DNA of 26,201 nucleotides, taken from contig CAZXUM010000001.1 of NCBI GenBank assembly GCA_964644005.1, positions 1-26,201 of the forward strand. Reading direction: 5' to 3'. The stretch comes from an uncultured Candidatus Saccharibacteria bacterium (lineage in GTDB: Bacteria > Patescibacteriota > Minisyncoccia > Phycocordibacterales > CAZXUM01). Position numbers and translations under genes: made by a program. The notes beneath the pieces are model-generated. The model saw only the letters and a list, made by a program, of their open reading frames with translations. It ran no database searches and was not told the DNA's origin. How positions within the stretch are numbered: position 1 is the stretch's first letter; the number at the start of each line of letters is the position of its first letter. Positions 8,311 to 18,335 of this stretch are shown here, piece by piece.

Positions 8311-10080
8311 GTGAACGTATTTAAGTTTATTCGATCTGTTGCTGTCTATTTCTACCGCAAAACCTGGATTGCTCCGGGTAGCATACAGCTTCGTAGAAGT
8401 ATGCAGACAATGTCACTGACAAGTCGTACTATCTGGTACGTCGTTCTTTTTGTATTCGCCGCGTCGTCATTTGCCATGTTGTGGAACGTCAACCAAGAAT
8501 TCACTATTCGAGTACCCATTCGCGGTGGAACTCTGTCCGAAGGCGTTATTGGTATTCCACGCTTTATTAACCCGGTACTCGCTATCAACGCCGCTAGTCA
8601 CGATGTTGCTCGGTTGGTATACGCAGGACTCATGAAAAAAACGCCGAGTGGCGAAGTTGTTCCTGATTTAGCTGAGTCATACGAAGTCTCAGAAGACGGT
8701 CGAGTATACACTTTTACCCTGTTACCACAGATCGTATTTCACGATGGGGTAGCGGTAACAGCTCGAGATGTTGTCTACACTATTGGACAGTTTCAAGATC
8801 CTGCAATTAAAAGCCCTCGCCGGGCAGTGTGGCTCGGCCTTACTGCAGAAGCAGTCAGCGACACCGTTGTACGAATCACCCTCCGCCAACCATATCCAGA
8901 ATTTTTACCGCTCATGTCAGTGGGCATTTTGCCACAACACCTCTGGGGATCATTAACGGTTACTGAATTTGTATTTAGCACACTCAACACGCAGCCAATT
9001 GGTGCGGGTCCATACAAAATAGTCTCTATCTCTGTTAACAACAGCGGTGTGCCAAATTCCTACGTACTCACCCGATTCAAAGATTACCAGCGCGAACAAC
9101 CCCTCATTGCCAGCATTGCACTCCATTTTTTTGCTGACGAAACACTCGCGCTCGAAGCGTTACGTTCAGGAAACATCGACAGCCTCGGTGCACTCAGCCC
9201 CGTTGGTGCACAAGGGCTCCCAAGCAATTATCGTGTCATCGAGGGTCAATTGCCACGTATCTTTAGTTTGTTTTTCAACCATAACCAAGCGCGTATCTTT
9301 TTAAATCCTGAAGTGAAGCAAGCCCTCCAATTAGCAACTGATATATCCTCAATCATTACTGCAGTCTTTGACGGTCATGCGTTATCAATAAATAGTCCTG
9401 TTCCAACTGAAATTGCATCGCCCCAAGCACCTATCACCGATCGAATTCTCCAGGCAACTGCCCTGTTAGAAAAAGCCGGCTGGGTACGGGGTGTCGATAG
9501 CATTTACGAACGAAAACGTGAAACAGATACCGAACGTCTCGTATTCAACATCACGACAAGTGATACTAACGAGCTCAAGCAAACTGCCGAACTCCTCAAG
9601 CAACAGTGGCAAGCAATTGGTGTTGCTGTCGAAATCCGTGTCTATGGTTCAGGCGATCTCAACCAAAATATTATTCCAAAGCGAAACTATGACGCTCTCC
9701 TCTTTGGACATATCATTACTCGTCCAAGTGATTTGTACGCATTCTGGCATTCGTCACAACGAACAGATCCGGGCCTCAACGTTGCTCAGTACACTAACGC
9801 AAAAGTTGACACAGCACTTGAAGCACTTCGCACTGGAATATTTACCACAACAACAAGCGAACAAATTGCCATTATCACCCGCGAATTTGCTAAAGATATT
9901 CCTGCGCTGTTTCTCTACTCACCATTCTATGTGTACGCAATTCCTGAATCACTCGGTGGCGTTAGCCTTGGACCAATTTCTGAACCCGCCGATAGATTTG
10001 CGACCGTCAACGGTTGGTATCGAGAATCAGACAGATTGTGGACAGTGTTTGCAAAAAAAGAGTATCAAAAATTACCATAA
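8311..10080 (+). CDS. Family 5 (OppA/DppA-like) solute-binding protein with N-terminal TM anchor
   Basis: LVYAGLM, PDLAESYEVSEDGRVYTFTL, FHDG..VTARDVVYT, PIGAGPYKI, FWHSSQ, N.AQYTN; TM segment WYVVLFVFAASSFAMLW; GTG start. Confidence 0.9.
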   Translation: MNVFKFIRSVAVYFYRKTWIAPGSIQLRRSMQTMSLTSRTIWYVVLFVFAASSFAMLWNVNQEFTIRVPIRGGTLSEGVIGIPRFINPVLAINAASHDVARLVYAGLMKKTPSGEVVPDLAESYEVSEDGRVYTFTLLPQIVFHDGVAVTARDVVYTIGQFQDPAIKSPRRAVWLGLTAEAVSDTVVRITLRQPYPEFLPLMSVGILPQHLWGSLTVTEFVFSTLNTQPIGAGPYKIVSISVNNSGVPNSYVLTRFKDYQREQPLIASIALHFFADETLALEALRSGNIDSLGALSPVGAQGLPSNYRVIEGQLPRIFSLFFNHNQARIFLNPEVKQALQLATDISSIITAVFDGHALSINSPVPTEIASPQAPITDRILQATALLEKAGWVRGVDSIYERKRETDTERLVFNITTSDTNELKQTAELLKQQWQAIGVAVEIRVYGSGDLNQNIIPKRNYDALLFGHIITRPSDLYAFWHSSQRTDPGLNVAQYTNAKVDTALEALRTGIFTTTTSEQIAIITREFAKDIPALFLYSPFYVYAIPESLGGVSLGPISEPADRFATVNGWYRESDRLWTVFAKKEYQKLP

Positions 10081-10102
10081 TTAATTAGTTAACGAATCAT
10101 TT

Positions 10103-12079
10103 ATGACTTTTACACGACCGCCACGGCCAGCAGAAGGAGCAGCACAACCAGAACGCCCCGCAGGAGCTCCTGCGGGGACTGTTGGTAGTAATGCACACAC
10201 ACGACCACGCCGACCAATCGGCACTGGAGGCACCGGAACTGGCCCTGCACGCAGTGGCGGCCAGAGTAGCCGACGTTCTCATTCACGCAGTGGCGGACGC
10301 GGCGGCTTAGGCCGGAGCGGACGACCACCTGCACCACCGCGCTCGCGCATTGACCGCTCTATTTCTCATCCTGAGCCGAAGCTCATTATTCCGCCGTTGG
10401 CGCAAGATAGCATCCGCATTATTCCACTCGGTGGCGTAGAGGAAATCGGCAAAAACATGACCGTTATCGAATACAAGGACGACATTATTGTTATCGATGT
10501 TGGTTTCCAATTTAAAGAAGACGAAACTCCTGGTATTGACTACATTCTTCCAAACACAAAGTATCTTGAGGAACGAAAGGATCGCATTAAAGCGGTTATT
10601 ATCACCCACGGTCACCTCGACCACATCGGTGGTGTTCCCTACATTATGCCGCGCATTGGTAATCCACCTATTTATACCCGCAACCTCACCGCAATTATGT
10701 TGCAAAAGCGACAGGCTGAATTTCCACACATGCCACCGCTCAACATCAACCTCGTTGAAAAGAATGAACGTATTCGTATTGGCGGACTGGTTATTCAATT
10801 CTTCGGTGTTACTCACACTATTCCTGACTCAATGGGTATCATCATTGAAACGCCCTATGGAAACATAGTGACACCGGGCGACTTTAAGCTCGATCACATG
10901 AACGGCATTCCATCTGATTCTGAAGAAAAAGAGTACAAAGTGTTCGACAATATGAACACGCTCCTTTTCCTTACCGATTCAACGAACATCGAAAACCCCG
11001 GCTTCTCAACTCCCGAGAGTATTGTTCACGACAACCTCGATCAAATTATTAAAACAATTAAAGGTCGCCTCATCATCGGTACGTTCGCATCACAATTGCA
11101 ACGCATGGTGAAGATTATCGAAATTGCCGAAAAGTACGGCAAGAAAATTGTTGTTGAAGGTCGCAGCATGAAAGTTAATATCGAAATCGCAACCGCGGCC
11201 GGTATTTTGACGGTGAAAAAAGATACCATCATTCAAGGGCAAGATGTCGACAACTATCCACCGGAGCGTGTCATTATTCTCTCAACAGGAGCCCAAGGTG
11301 AAGAGTTTGCTGCACTGATGCGCATGTCAAACAAAACACACAAATACCTCCGCCTCAACAACCGAGACACTGTACTCCTTTCGTCATCAATTATTCCCGG
11401 GAACGAAAAGACCGTGCAGAAATTGAAAGACAACCTCGCCCGCCAGGGAGCAAAAATTATTCACTACCGAACCTCGGATGTGTATATTCACTCAACTGGT
11501 CACGGCAATCGTGGAGAAATTGAGTGGCTTCACAAAAAGATTCATTCAAAATTCTTTATCCCAATTCACGGTACCCACTACATGTTGCGCCTGCATGCAG
11601 AGTTAGCTGAATCACTCGGCACGCCTACAGAAAACATTGTCGTACCTGACGACGGCAGCATTATTGAAATTCAGGCAGGCGGAACAAAGATGGTTATGCT
11701 GAAAGAGAAAGCAGCTGAAGGCATTATGATGGTTGATGGATTCTCTGTTGGAAACATGCAAGACGTTGTTATCCGCGATCGTCAGATGCTCGCTCAAGAT
11801 GGTATCTTCCTTGTGGTTGCAGTGGTAAACACTTCGGTTGGGAAGCTCCACAAATCACCTGATATTATTTCTCGCGGATTCGTGTACCTCCGTGAATCAC
11901 AAGATTTACTCCAACAGGCACGCTACATTGTGAAGAAAACAATTGAGGATGCGGCGGTAAACATGCATCCAATTAACTTCGATTATCTCAAAGAAATTGT
12001 AACCGACAACCTTACGCGATTCTTGTTCCAACAAACCGCAAAACGACCGATTGTTATTCCAGTGTTGCTCGGCGTATAA
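10103..12079 (+). CDS. rnj: Ribonuclease J with a ~90-aa disordered N-terminal extension
   Basis: IIPLGGVEEIGKNMT, THGHLDHIGG, GDFKLD, STGAQGE, HSTGH, PIHG, SRGFVY, KRPIVIP. Confidence 0.97.
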   Translation: MTFTRPPRPAEGAAQPERPAGAPAGTVGSNAHTRPRRPIGTGGTGTGPARSGGQSSRRSHSRSGGRGGLGRSGRPPAPPRSRIDRSISHPEPKLIIPPLAQDSIRIIPLGGVEEIGKNMTVIEYKDDIIVIDVGFQFKEDETPGIDYILPNTKYLEERKDRIKAVIITHGHLDHIGGVPYIMPRIGNPPIYTRNLTAIMLQKRQAEFPHMPPLNINLVEKNERIRIGGLVIQFFGVTHTIPDSMGIIIETPYGNIVTPGDFKLDHMNGIPSDSEEKEYKVFDNMNTLLFLTDSTNIENPGFSTPESIVHDNLDQIIKTIKGRLIIGTFASQLQRMVKIIEIAEKYGKKIVVEGRSMKVNIEIATAAGILTVKKDTIIQGQDVDNYPPERVIILSTGAQGEEFAALMRMSNKTHKYLRLNNRDTVLLSSSIIPGNEKTVQKLKDNLARQGAKIIHYRTSDVYIHSTGHGNRGEIEWLHKKIHSKFFIPIHGTHYMLRLHAELAESLGTPTENIVVPDDGSIIEIQAGGTKMVMLKEKAAEGIMMVDGFSVGNMQDVVIRDRQMLAQDGIFLVVAVVNTSVGKLHKSPDIISRGFVYLRESQDLLQQARYIVKKTIEDAAVNMHPINFDYLKEIVTDNLTRFLFQQTAKRPIVIPVLLGV

Positions 12080-12103
12080 CTAATGGCACTGTGGTGCACA
12101 TAC

Positions 12104-12136
12104 TAAAAACACCGGCTACCCGATCCGGTGTTTTTA
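12104..12136. terminator. Terminator after rnj
   Basis: TAAAAACACCGG-ctacccgat-CCGGTGTTTTTA, 12-bp inverted repeat. Confidence 0.85.
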
Positions 12137-12137
12137 C

Positions 12138-12165
12138 TTGACATAAAATATGTATATTATATAAT
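12138..12165 (+). promoter_or_regulatory. Consensus sigma70 promoter TTGACA-N16-TATAAT
   Basis: Both hexamers are perfect; an AGGAG SD follows at 12213-12217. Confidence 0.8.
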
Positions 12166-12224
12166 ACTATACAGTACATTCCTATTCGTATGGATAGGAT
12201 AGCTCTTTTTATAGGAGAAGTCGT

Positions 12225-12554
12225 ATGACTACTCGTCACATTATCGTGAACGGTCCAAGCAAATTCGACCTCATGCTCGCATTGTTTGATGGTGACAACA
12301 CAAAACGTCGGCTCGTCAAGTTCGACAGACCAGCGGACACCCGGCCGGCCGTCAACGATGCTACTCCTGTAGCAAAACCATTAGTGGTTTACGTGTTTGA
12401 CATATGCATCAACAGCATCGAGCGCGAAGATGGCAGCGGTGAGCGGTGGTTGTTCGGTGGATATTATCTCATCTTCGGACAGCCGATCAAGGCGTCTGGA
12501 TATTACTCCACACAAACCCGCCAAGGTTGGATCGATACCCCAACGGCGCTGTAG
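12225..12554 (+). CDS. Hypothetical protein (109 aa), function unknown
   Basis: SD AGGAG, promoter and terminator flank it; globular-looking sequence (GPSKFDLMLALFD, INSIEREDGSGERWLFGGY, GYYSTQTRQGWI). Confidence 0.85.
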   Translation: MTTRHIIVNGPSKFDLMLALFDGDNTKRRLVKFDRPADTRPAVNDATPVAKPLVVYVFDICINSIEREDGSGERWLFGGYYLIFGQPIKASGYYSTQTRQGWIDTPTAL

Positions 12555-12582
12555 TAATCGTTATCCTGATCACGCGCGCACC

Positions 12583-12619
12583 CCCCACAAACTTTCAATG
12601 AAAGTTTGTGGGGTTTTTT
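12583..12619 (+). terminator. Intrinsic terminator
   Basis: CCCCACAAACTTTC-aat-GAAAGTTTGTGGGG followed by T6. Confidence 0.9.
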
Positions 12620-12690
12620 ATACACACCACTTCCTTGAATGTGTATATCTTTTTCATGTGTAGGACATAACTCCTATATAATGAATGCAT

Positions 12691-13887
12691 ATGGAACACC
12701 GTCTCATTCACCACCATGCACATCCGCACGGTGTGACTCGCACATCTCGCCTTCGAATTTACGCCGCAACACTTTTTCTCGCACTGCACCACGCAATTGT
12801 TGTATACATTAACTCTGATTACCTCAAACAGTATCTCCCCGACCAGTACATTGGGCTCCTGTACGTACTCGGAGCGTCACTCACTATTCTCTTTTTCGGA
12901 TTGATTCCACGATTTTTTAGCCGTTACGGAGCCTATCGCACTACCATTACGCTCATTATTGCTGAGATGGCTGCACTCATCGGCTTGTTTAGTGCAGACT
13001 CGCTTAGTTGGGCAGTAACCGTATTTATTATTCATGTGTCGATGCAACCACTCCTCTGGTATTGTTTCGATGTCTTTCTTGAACGATCAACCACGAATAA
13101 ACGTACCGGCATTACCCGCAGCATCTACCTCACTATTTCGAGTTCAATTTTTGTACTTGCACCAGTCTTTGTTGGCAACATTGTCTCAGGAGCATCGCTC
13201 GCTGTTCCCTATGCCATTTCAGCAATTGCACTCATTCCGACCTTGTTTATTGTTGCTCGTGAATTCAAAAAAATTGACGTCAAAAGTCATGACGATATTC
13301 ATTTCAGTCATTCGGTAAAAGCATTCTTTGCCAACAAGAATGTGCGTATTATTTTCATCGCTGATTTTATCTTGCAGTTCTTTTACGCAATTATGGTGGT
13401 GTACATGCCGCTCTACCTCATCTACCACAAAGGCTTTAGCTGGGCAGAAGTTGGCGGCATCTTCACGATTATGCTCTTACCATTTGTGCTGACTCAAATT
13501 CCTATGGGAAAACTTGCCGATGAAAAGCTCGGTGAAAAAGAAATTCTTATTACGGGATTCGTTATCGCTGCTGCCAGTGTCTTTCTTATTCCGTTTGTCG
13601 GCGGAAGCGGTGAAGTTCTCATTTGGGCCCTCCTCTTATTTATTACCCGTATTGGCGCAGCGTTTATAGAAATTGCGTGCGAAACCTACTTCTTTAAACA
13701 GGTGAGCGCGAAGCAGACTAACTACATTAGTTTGTTCCGATCAGCCATTCCACTTGCCTACATTGTCGCCCCTGCACTCGGCAGTATCATCGTGGCACAG
13801 TTCTGGTACACCGGACTCTTTAGTTTCTTAGGCGTGGTGCTCGTTATCGGACTCTTTGCAAGCCTAAAGCTGCAGGATACGAAGTAA
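12691..13887 (+). CDS. MFS transporter (alternative start 12685)
   Basis: About 12 hydrophobic segments; MFS motif A-like GKLADEKLGEK; TATAAT 8 nt before ATG 12691. Confidence 0.88.
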   Translation: MEHRLIHHHAHPHGVTRTSRLRIYAATLFLALHHAIVVYINSDYLKQYLPDQYIGLLYVLGASLTILFFGLIPRFFSRYGAYRTTITLIIAEMAALIGLFSADSLSWAVTVFIIHVSMQPLLWYCFDVFLERSTTNKRTGITRSIYLTISSSIFVLAPVFVGNIVSGASLAVPYAISAIALIPTLFIVAREFKKIDVKSHDDIHFSHSVKAFFANKNVRIIFIADFILQFFYAIMVVYMPLYLIYHKGFSWAEVGGIFTIMLLPFVLTQIPMGKLADEKLGEKEILITGFVIAAASVFLIPFVGGSGEVLIWALLLFITRIGAAFIEIACETYFFKQVSAKQTNYISLFRSAIPLAYIVAPALGSIIVAQFWYTGLFSFLGVVLVIGLFASLKLQDTK

Positions 13888-13889
13888 TA

Positions 13890-14642
13890 CTATTTTTTAC
13901 TCAGTACTATTGCCAAAAATAGTGGGAACTCTTTACGTGCTCTATCCTCTGCATCTTTTCTTGGACCTTTCTGACTTGATTTTGGGGACACCCACTCTTC
14001 GAGTCGGGTTATTGAGAACCCTGCGTTCGTAAATATTTTTACAAATTCCTGCAGTGGGCGGTGGAATGACACGGTGTAGTTTTTGTCTTTCGGGTTTGTG
14101 ATACCTGGAGTCATGTCAATTTTTTGTTCTCGCTCGCTCATATATGCATCGACACGTCGAAACTGTGTTTTTTGGGCTTCGTCAAACTGCCATGATGATG
14201 CGCCCGGGATACGGAATGCAGGATGGTTGAGCACCACAAGCCACGTACCCTCAGGAGTAAGGCGGGCATACACAGCATCTGCAACAGCTCGTACATTTTT
14301 AATATTTTGAAGAGCGACAACACAGAGTGCTCGACTAAACGTACCCTCCACACCCGCAAGTGTTTCTGCAGGTGTCGCAAGGAATGTCGCATTGTGGAGT
14401 GGATGTTCCTGAGCTTTGGCAATTAATTCTTCTCCGATATCGGTGCCAGTGATACGAGCAACATGCGGAGAGATCAGCCGCGTAAAATATCCGGTGCCGC
14501 AGGCAACATCAAGCACTGTTGTGTTTACTGACATATCGAGCAGCCGCAAAATATTGGGAGCAAGTACCGTTTCGTGGTACGTACCTTCGCCACGCAAATG
14601 CGCATCGTACCAATCGACTACTCCGCCCCAAGAAGTGTTCAT
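13890..14642 (-). CDS. Class I SAM-dependent methyltransferase
   Basis: Motif I VLDVACGTG, ITGTDI, FSRALCVVALQNI, LTPEG. Confidence 0.9.
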   Translation of the reverse strand: MNTSWGGVVDWYDAHLRGEGTYHETVLAPNILRLLDMSVNTTVLDVACGTGYFTRLISPHVARITGTDIGEELIAKAQEHPLHNATFLATPAETLAGVEGTFSRALCVVALQNIKNVRAVADAVYARLTPEGTWLVVLNHPAFRIPGASSWQFDEAQKTQFRRVDAYMSEREQKIDMTPGITNPKDKNYTVSFHRPLQEFVKIFTNAGFSITRLEEWVSPKSSQKGPRKDAEDRARKEFPLFLAIVLSKK

Positions 14643-14665
14643 AGAAGTATGTGTATAGTATGAGA

Positions 14666-16168
14666 TTATTCTGGCACAACAACCATATCGCCCAGTGTGA
14701 GGCCTTCAGTTACCTGTGCATAGCCATCGCTACCGCGGACGCCAAGCGTAATGACGCGCTCTTCAGTAGTATCCCCCTGTTTAAGACTAACAACCGTTTG
14801 ACCGGCATCATTCGTGCGTACAGCGCGAAGAGGCACTGTCAGAGAACTCTCGGTACGAGCGGTGACAATAGTGACATTTGCCGTCATGCCTGAGCGAATG
14901 CGTTCATCGACAGTAACAAACGCTAGTGTTGTTTTATACGTAGGGACACCATCAAGAACTGAGGCTGTTGGATCAATCAGTATGACGTGGGCATCAAAGG
15001 CTACTGAATCGCCGTATGCATCGAGAGTTACACGAGCGGTGTTATCAATAGCTATTTTTGCAATGTCGACTTCAGGAATGTTCGCTTCAATGGTAAACAC
15101 TCCATCAGAAATGAGCGATACTAATGTTTGGTTTGCACCAACAATTTCTCCTTGCTCAACTTCGAGAGCAGTGACGAGACCATCGAATGACGCACGAATA
15201 ATTGTTTTTTCATAGGAAGCCTGCGCCGACAATAGATTTGCTCGTTCAATCGCAATGTCTTCTACTGATGAACCAGCCTGATCGAAGGTATATTCACGTT
15301 CTGCAATACGAAGATCTGACTCTGCATTTTTGTATGTCGTTTCTGCGCTCTGACGCTCGGTAGCAGCATCAATAACTAATTGTCGAGCAGTGGTCATGAC
15401 ACTGCGGTACTCATTAATAGTCGCCTGCGGAGTTGTGTCGTTTGATTGTGCGGTATTTACTGCATCCGCAAGATTAATGATGAATGTTTTGTACCGATTA
15501 AAATAGAGGTCGAATTCAGAAAGGTTCGTTTCAAAGTTTGCTTCGGTGATTATGCTAACGAGACGCTTCCAGCGGACACTTTCATTAACCAGTGTGTATC
15601 GTTCATCTTCGAGCTTTTCAGACATTCCCGAAGAACGAGGTCTAAACCGAAGACTATTGTTTGAACGTCCCGGTCCAATAAAGAGCGTGTCGCCATACCC
15701 ACCAACTGCGCTTAGGGTGTCGCCATATACGGTATTGAGCGAATCAACAAACGCCTGCTTTGAGGCTTCAAAATCGATACGCGCTGAGTCGACCTGCTCT
15801 TTGCTGATTGCTAACTCTTCTGCACGAGTGCCACGCACCGCTTCTGCAAGACGCGCTTCGGCAGCAACGACATCGGCCCGCGATTGGTTGTTTTCAAGGG
15901 AAATAAAAACAGTACCTGCGCGGATACGATCACCCGTACGAGCAGTGACTGACCGAACACGACCACTAACCTCAAAGCCGAGATCGACAGACTGATCTGC
16001 CTTAACTGACCCCGATACTGCAACCTCTTGGACGACAGAGCGGTTTGTCAGTGCTACCAACTGTGCATCAGCAGTATCTCTGCCATTCACCATGAATACG
16101 ATCGCTGCAATAACGACAACAAGGATCGCAGCACCAATAATGCTCACTTTTCGTGAAGGTAATGTCAT
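14666..16168 (-). CDS. Efflux RND/HlyD-family periplasmic adaptor (membrane fusion protein)
   Basis: N-terminal TM; VSGSV, LGFEVSGRV, IIRASFDGLV, ANIPEVDIAKI, IRSGMTANV, VTEGLTLGD. Confidence 0.92.
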   Translation of the reverse strand: MTLPSRKVSIIGAAILVVVIAAIVFMVNGRDTADAQLVALTNRSVVQEVAVSGSVKADQSVDLGFEVSGRVRSVTARTGDRIRAGTVFISLENNQSRADVVAAEARLAEAVRGTRAEELAISKEQVDSARIDFEASKQAFVDSLNTVYGDTLSAVGGYGDTLFIGPGRSNNSLRFRPRSSGMSEKLEDERYTLVNESVRWKRLVSIITEANFETNLSEFDLYFNRYKTFIINLADAVNTAQSNDTTPQATINEYRSVMTTARQLVIDAATERQSAETTYKNAESDLRIAEREYTFDQAGSSVEDIAIERANLLSAQASYEKTIIRASFDGLVTALEVEQGEIVGANQTLVSLISDGVFTIEANIPEVDIAKIAIDNTARVTLDAYGDSVAFDAHVILIDPTASVLDGVPTYKTTLAFVTVDERIRSGMTANVTIVTARTESSLTVPLRAVRTNDAGQTVVSLKQGDTTEERVITLGVRGSDGYAQVTEGLTLGDMVVVPE

Positions 16169-16186
16169 AATGTTGAGTATAGGCGA

Positions 16187-18280
16187 CTAGAGCGTTTTGA
16201 GCAATTGTTCAACTACTTCTTTCAATTCTGGGTGTTCGGTGCTAATTCGTGTAAGTATGGTGCGCGCTTCGGCAGTTCGTTTTGCATATTTCATTGCTGC
16301 CCAAATACGGGTGTCAGAAACGAGATCTTCTGGTGCCATGACGGCGAGTAATTCATTTGCAACAACAGTTTTATTAAAGAACAGAGCGGCAACGAGATAA
16401 TTTTTTTGAATTGCAGGAAACTGCGGACCGAGTGTGTAGGCTTTTGCCAATGCAGCAAGACCTTTTTCAACTTGATCAACCTGCAAGTATCGCGTACCGA
16501 GCTCAAGGAGGAAGGCTTCCTTTTCGGGCGAGAGTGCGAGCGCAGCTTCAAGATAGGTGAACGACAAATCAGGCACATTAAAATTACTGAGGTACGTGCC
16601 CATGAAAAATTGGTACCGCGCGTCTTCTGGTGTTCGGCGTACCTGAACTTCAAGCGCCTGCGCTGCTGTCTTAAAGAACGCCTGTTTCGACTCATCACTT
16701 ACCGGCAATCGAGTAATGTTTGATACGATTTGATACGCCTGTTCAGCAACTTCTGCCCGAGCAAATGAGTCGCGATCAATCAAGTCAGTGAGCTCAGTGT
16801 GTATTTGATCAACGCGCTGCTGCTGTGTTTGAGCACCGAGCGGTTGCTGCTGGAGCGACATGAGACGAATAAGGCCCTTTGAGGTAGCTGATCCGTTTGC
16901 TGAAACCGGAACACTGTAGAGAACAAACAGTACCAAGACAGAGCATGCTACCAACACGACACCCTGTGATACACGACTCGGGGTCGACGGTGCAGAAGTA
17001 TGCTGGTCACGGTAACTGCGGCCGGCGGTGTTTATGTATGCAAACCATGCAAAAAATGGGATGTAGCTAACGATACTATCGAAAACGAATAAATTGTGTA
17101 CCGTGTAGGCAACAATCATGCCGGTAATGACCGCCTTTTCTACTAGTGAATGGCCGGTGTGTCTCCACAGCGTCCACAGTAACACCACGAATAACGAGAA
17201 GTAGCTGAGCAAACCGAGCAATCCCCCAGCAATAAACCAATCAAGGATCACATTGTGCGTTCGATCGAACCACTGCTCCTGCAAGAAGAGGCGTGGATCG
17301 TAGTATTTGTTGAATACGTAGTTAAAATTTTCTTGTCCCCAGCCGAGGAGTGGTCGTTCTTGAACACCTTCAAGAGCCATACCCCAAATAATGAAGCGCG
17401 GCGTTTCAGAAATGTTTTCAAGGGTAATGCCGCGGAAGCGAGAGAGCACACGGCTCTCCTGCACAAACGATGTATTTTGCGCAACCATAAACCCAGCAAT
17501 AACGAGCACAACCGCAATAACCCCACCGAGTGCAATTTTTTGGATGGTAGGATGACGGCGCCGAGCAGTAACTGCAAGAATAAGGGCGGTGACACCAGCT
17601 CCAGCAAGAAAACCGAGGAGCGCTCCACGAGTACCGGTGTAGTACAAAATAATAGTCATGAACGGCACGAGCGACCACACAATCCAACGCTGCCAGTGGC
17701 GGAATCGATACCCAAGCGCAAGGGCGGTAAAAATATGGAAAATCATGTACACCGCCAAGTAGGCTGAGTTGCCAATGTTTGCATCCAAACGATCTGCACT
17801 CTGGTTGATTGTTGTTTCTCCTACCAACTGTGTAAAACCGTAGATGGTAACGTACGCCGCAACACCAACAGATGTCGCAAACCAACGAATCCACAGCTTT
17901 TCGGTGAATACCGTTGTTGTCATGAGAGCGAACAGCGCCAGGTGTGCAAGTGTTACAAATCCTTCCATGCGTTCAAAGTTTGACCAAAAACTTTTAAACG
18001 GACTAATACCAAACACATCTGCTGCTGCAATAATGAGGGTAAACACGGTCAAAGCAATGGTCATTGCAGTTGCACGAGGACGATACTGCGGTGTAGTGAA
18101 CCAGGTTACCACCCATGCGACAGCGGCAATTTCAACCAGAATTCTGAAAAAAAAATTCTTTCCGGTAATGAACGGAAAGAAGTAGGCGCTAAACACTATC
18201 GTTGGAACAAGTGTCACCAAAAAAAGACACCCGACCATGCAATACCGCGCGAGTGTACCAGTCATCGATGTGCCATTCAT
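16187..18280 (-). CDS. O-antigen ligase / PglL-like multipass protein with TPR-like C-terminal domain (start more likely 18280, MNGTS)
   Basis: SFWSNFERMEG, IGNSAYLA, YTGTRGA, RPLLGWGQENF, WFDRTHNVILD, then helical repeats (ALALSPEK, AYTLGPQF). Confidence 0.88.
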   Translation of the reverse strand: MNGTSMTGTLARYCMVGCLFLVTLVPTIVFSAYFFPFITGKNFFFRILVEIAAVAWVVTWFTTPQYRPRATAMTIALTVFTLIIAAADVFGISPFKSFWSNFERMEGFVTLAHLALFALMTTTVFTEKLWIRWFATSVGVAAYVTIYGFTQLVGETTINQSADRLDANIGNSAYLAVYMIFHIFTALALGYRFRHWQRWIVWSLVPFMTIILYYTGTRGALLGFLAGAGVTALILAVTARRRHPTIQKIALGGVIAVVLVIAGFMVAQNTSFVQESRVLSRFRGITLENISETPRFIIWGMALEGVQERPLLGWGQENFNYVFNKYYDPRLFLQEQWFDRTHNVILDWFIAGGLLGLLSYFSLFVVLLWTLWRHTGHSLVEKAVITGMIVAYTVHNLFVFDSIVSYIPFFAWFAYINTAGRSYRDQHTSAPSTPSRVSQGVVLVACSVLVLFVLYSVPVSANGSATSKGLIRLMSLQQQPLGAQTQQQRVDQIHTELTDLIDRDSFARAEVAEQAYQIVSNITRLPVSDESKQAFFKTAAQALEVQVRRTPEDARYQFFMGTYLSNFNVPDLSFTYLEAALALSPEKEAFLLELGTRYLQVDQVEKGLAALAKAYTLGPQFPAIQKNYLVAALFFNKTVVANELLAVMAPEDLVSDTRIWAAMKYAKRTAEARTILTRISTEHPELKEVVEQLLKTL

Positions 18281-18335
18281 GGGTGCGAGTATAGCATGGA
18301 AAAGTGGGAGCAAGTTATGTTAGACTCACACATAT

